DNA of 64,000 bases from an uncultured Christensenella sp. GTDB taxonomy: Bacteria; Bacillota; Clostridia; Christensenellales; UBA1242. Under the pieces are notes generated by a model. It saw only the letters and a program-made list of their open reading frames with translations. It made no database searches and was not told the origin of the DNA. The DNA lies in assembly GCA_949293905.1 (NCBI GenBank), contig CASFFG010000001.1:131240-195239 (forward strand). Reading direction: 5' to 3'. Shown here one piece after another: positions 62,485 to 64,000 of this stretch (the first letter of the stretch is position 1; the number at the start of each line of letters is the position of its first letter). Both the position numbers and the translations under genes were made by a program.

Positions 62485-62841
62485 ATGGATACAGATAAAA
62501 TTTATGCGGAACATATCGCAAACGAATATTCTAAAAAGGAAACAACTAAGGTTAAACAATTAAAGAAATTGGACGCTAAGGCTAAACTACCTGCTAACAT
62601 CTTCGGCTACACTTTCGGTATTGTTAGCGCACTTGTACTTGGCGCTGGAATGTGCTTAGCAATGGGTGTTATTGGCTCTGGAGTTGGCGCTTTTATCGCA
62701 GGTATAGTTGTTGGTGTCGTTGGAATTATCGGTTGCGCAATTAACTACCCAATATTCAAAAAAATTAAAGAAAATGGTAAAAATAAATATGGTTCGGATA
62801 TTATCCGTCTTGCAATCGAAATCACTGAAAACAACGACTAA
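62485..62841 (+). CDS. Conserved-looking small 2-TM membrane protein, co-transcribed with TetR
   Basis: AAGGAGG RBS; LKKLDAKAKLPANIFGYTFG..GMCLAM. Confidence 0.8.
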   Translation: MDTDKIYAEHIANEYSKKETTKVKQLKKLDAKAKLPANIFGYTFGIVSALVLGAGMCLAMGVIGSGVGAFIAGIVVGVVGIIGCAINYPIFKKIKENGKNKYGSDIIRLAIEITENND

Positions 62842-62863
62842 TACTAATAATTAGGAGAAAATT

Positions 62864-63451
62864 ATGAACAAAAATGAGAGCAAATATTTTAATACCGCAT
62901 TGCTTATGAATCAAGCGCTTATCGAACTTTTAAATAAGAAAGACTATGAATTCATCACGGTTAAAGAACTTTGTGAAAAGGCAGGAGTAAATCGCTCCAC
63001 TTTCTATCTGCACTACTCCACTATGGACGATTTGCTAGAAGAGAGTTTGGAGAATATCAATAAAAAATTCGTCGCATATTTTGACGAAAACTCGACTAAA
63101 TTTATAGATAAACTTAGTTCGTGTTCAAATGATGAATTGATTTTAATTACTCCTAAATATTTGCGCCCATATTTGAATTTTATTAAAGAAAACAAAGTTA
63201 TTCATTTAGTTGCAGTTAAGCATGGATATGTCATGAATTCGTTTAAGCAATTTAACACATTAAATAAAAACATTTTTAAGCCGATTTTTAAGCGATTTAA
63301 TATCGCAGAAAAGGACGGCGAATACATGATTGCTTACTATCTCAACGGGATAACCGCTATTATAAATGAATGGATAAAAAATAACTGCACGGACGAAATA
63401 GAATATATTGAGAAGATGATTTTAAAGTGCGTTCGCCCGAGTTTTAACTAA
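62864..63451 (+). CDS. TetR/AcrR family transcriptional regulator
   Basis: ITVKELCEKAGVNRSTFYLHY HTH. Confidence 0.92.
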   Translation: MNKNESKYFNTALLMNQALIELLNKKDYEFITVKELCEKAGVNRSTFYLHYSTMDDLLEESLENINKKFVAYFDENSTKFIDKLSSCSNDELILITPKYLRPYLNFIKENKVIHLVAVKHGYVMNSFKQFNTLNKNIFKPIFKRFNIAEKDGEYMIAYYLNGITAIINEWIKNNCTDEIEYIEKMILKCVRPSFN

Positions 63452-63532
63452 TTGAATTTGTCTGTTTTAAAATTTCCTTACCATAACAAAAAATCGCTCT
63501 ATTTATTGTTTTTAGGAGCGGTTTTTTTATAA

Positions 63533-64000
63533 CTAATTATCTATTATTTTACTATAAACATATTCATATATATTTGCTGCGAGTTCGCGCCAACGCTTAC
63601 AAGCAGTGGTTGCATTATGACGCGTATCCGATTTTATAGACAGCGAGAAAATTGATTCAGTCGTGAGTGGCTCTAAGATATTTAGTTCCACTGTATAACT
63701 GCCGTCTTCGTTCTTGTACGATTTCGCAACATATTCCTGATTTCGTTTAAATTGCATCTTATTTTCTTGCGCAAAGACGGAAATTTTTTCTCTAAGGCTC
63801 GCTGGAATACGGGTATAGAACTGGCTTAGGCACTCTCTGCCCGCAACTGTTATGTTATATCTGTTTTCGTTGTTGTCCGTGTTGGGTTTATATACAAATT
63901 TGGAAGCGAGAAGTTGAGAAAGTAAATCTTTACAATCCATCCAGTTTACCCAGTTGTTTTGGCTCGAGCATATCTCCAATATTGAATTCTCAGTAAGCGG
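63533..64000 (-). CDS. DUF4364-like winged-helix protein (5' end outside the window)
   Basis: Frame stays open to the window edge (PLTENSILEIC...); YNITVAGRECL..F..RIP.S.R motif. Confidence 0.7.
   Translation of the reverse strand, partial: PLTENSILEICSSQNNWVNWMDCKDLLSQLLASKFVYKPNTDNNENRYNITVAGRECLSQFYTRIPASLREKISVFAQENKMQFKRNQEYVAKSYKNEDGSYTVELNILEPLTTESIFSLSIKSDTRHNATTACKRWRELAANIYEYVYSKIIDN

Overview
A low-GC Firmicute chromosomal segment (clostridial gene order, standard genetic code, nearly all genes on the minus strand). It carries the conserved ylbJ-pta-ackA-rpmF-plsX-rnc ... smc-ftsY-ylxM-ffh-rpsP-khpA-rimM-trmD-rbgA-rnhB-yraN-rplS-comM-dprA-topA-trmFO-hslVU ... rpsB-tsf-frr superoperon, plus a rpoZ-priA-def-fmt-rlmN-rpe-rsmE-mtaB-hit-rpsU block and pcrA-ligA. 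The backbone looks streamlined: pyrH, gmk, coaBC, rsmB, stp/stk/rsgA, acpP, yceD, lepB, xerC and codY are all missing from their usual positions. Nine stand-alone orphan genes are scattered between the housekeeping genes, each with its own consensus promoter and RBS and usually a terminator, and five share an extended promoter signature. They include two paralogous 28-aa-repeat solenoid proteins, a tandem triplet of DUF4116-like proteins and a possible Cys-His-Asp enzyme; there is also one 'empty' cassette. A four-gene insertion between rpmF and plsX encodes a YwaF/TMEM164-like membrane enzyme fused to an ABC ATPase, a permease, an Ig-like protein and a large lipoprotein. Several structured non-coding elements are visible: L19 and rpsB leaders, candidate rpmF and rpe leaders, a palindromic repeat array in the smc leader and a multi-hairpin element before rpsU. 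I see no CRISPR array, tRNA, rRNA, transposase or integrase. All family assignments come from motif recognition and gene order, not database searches.
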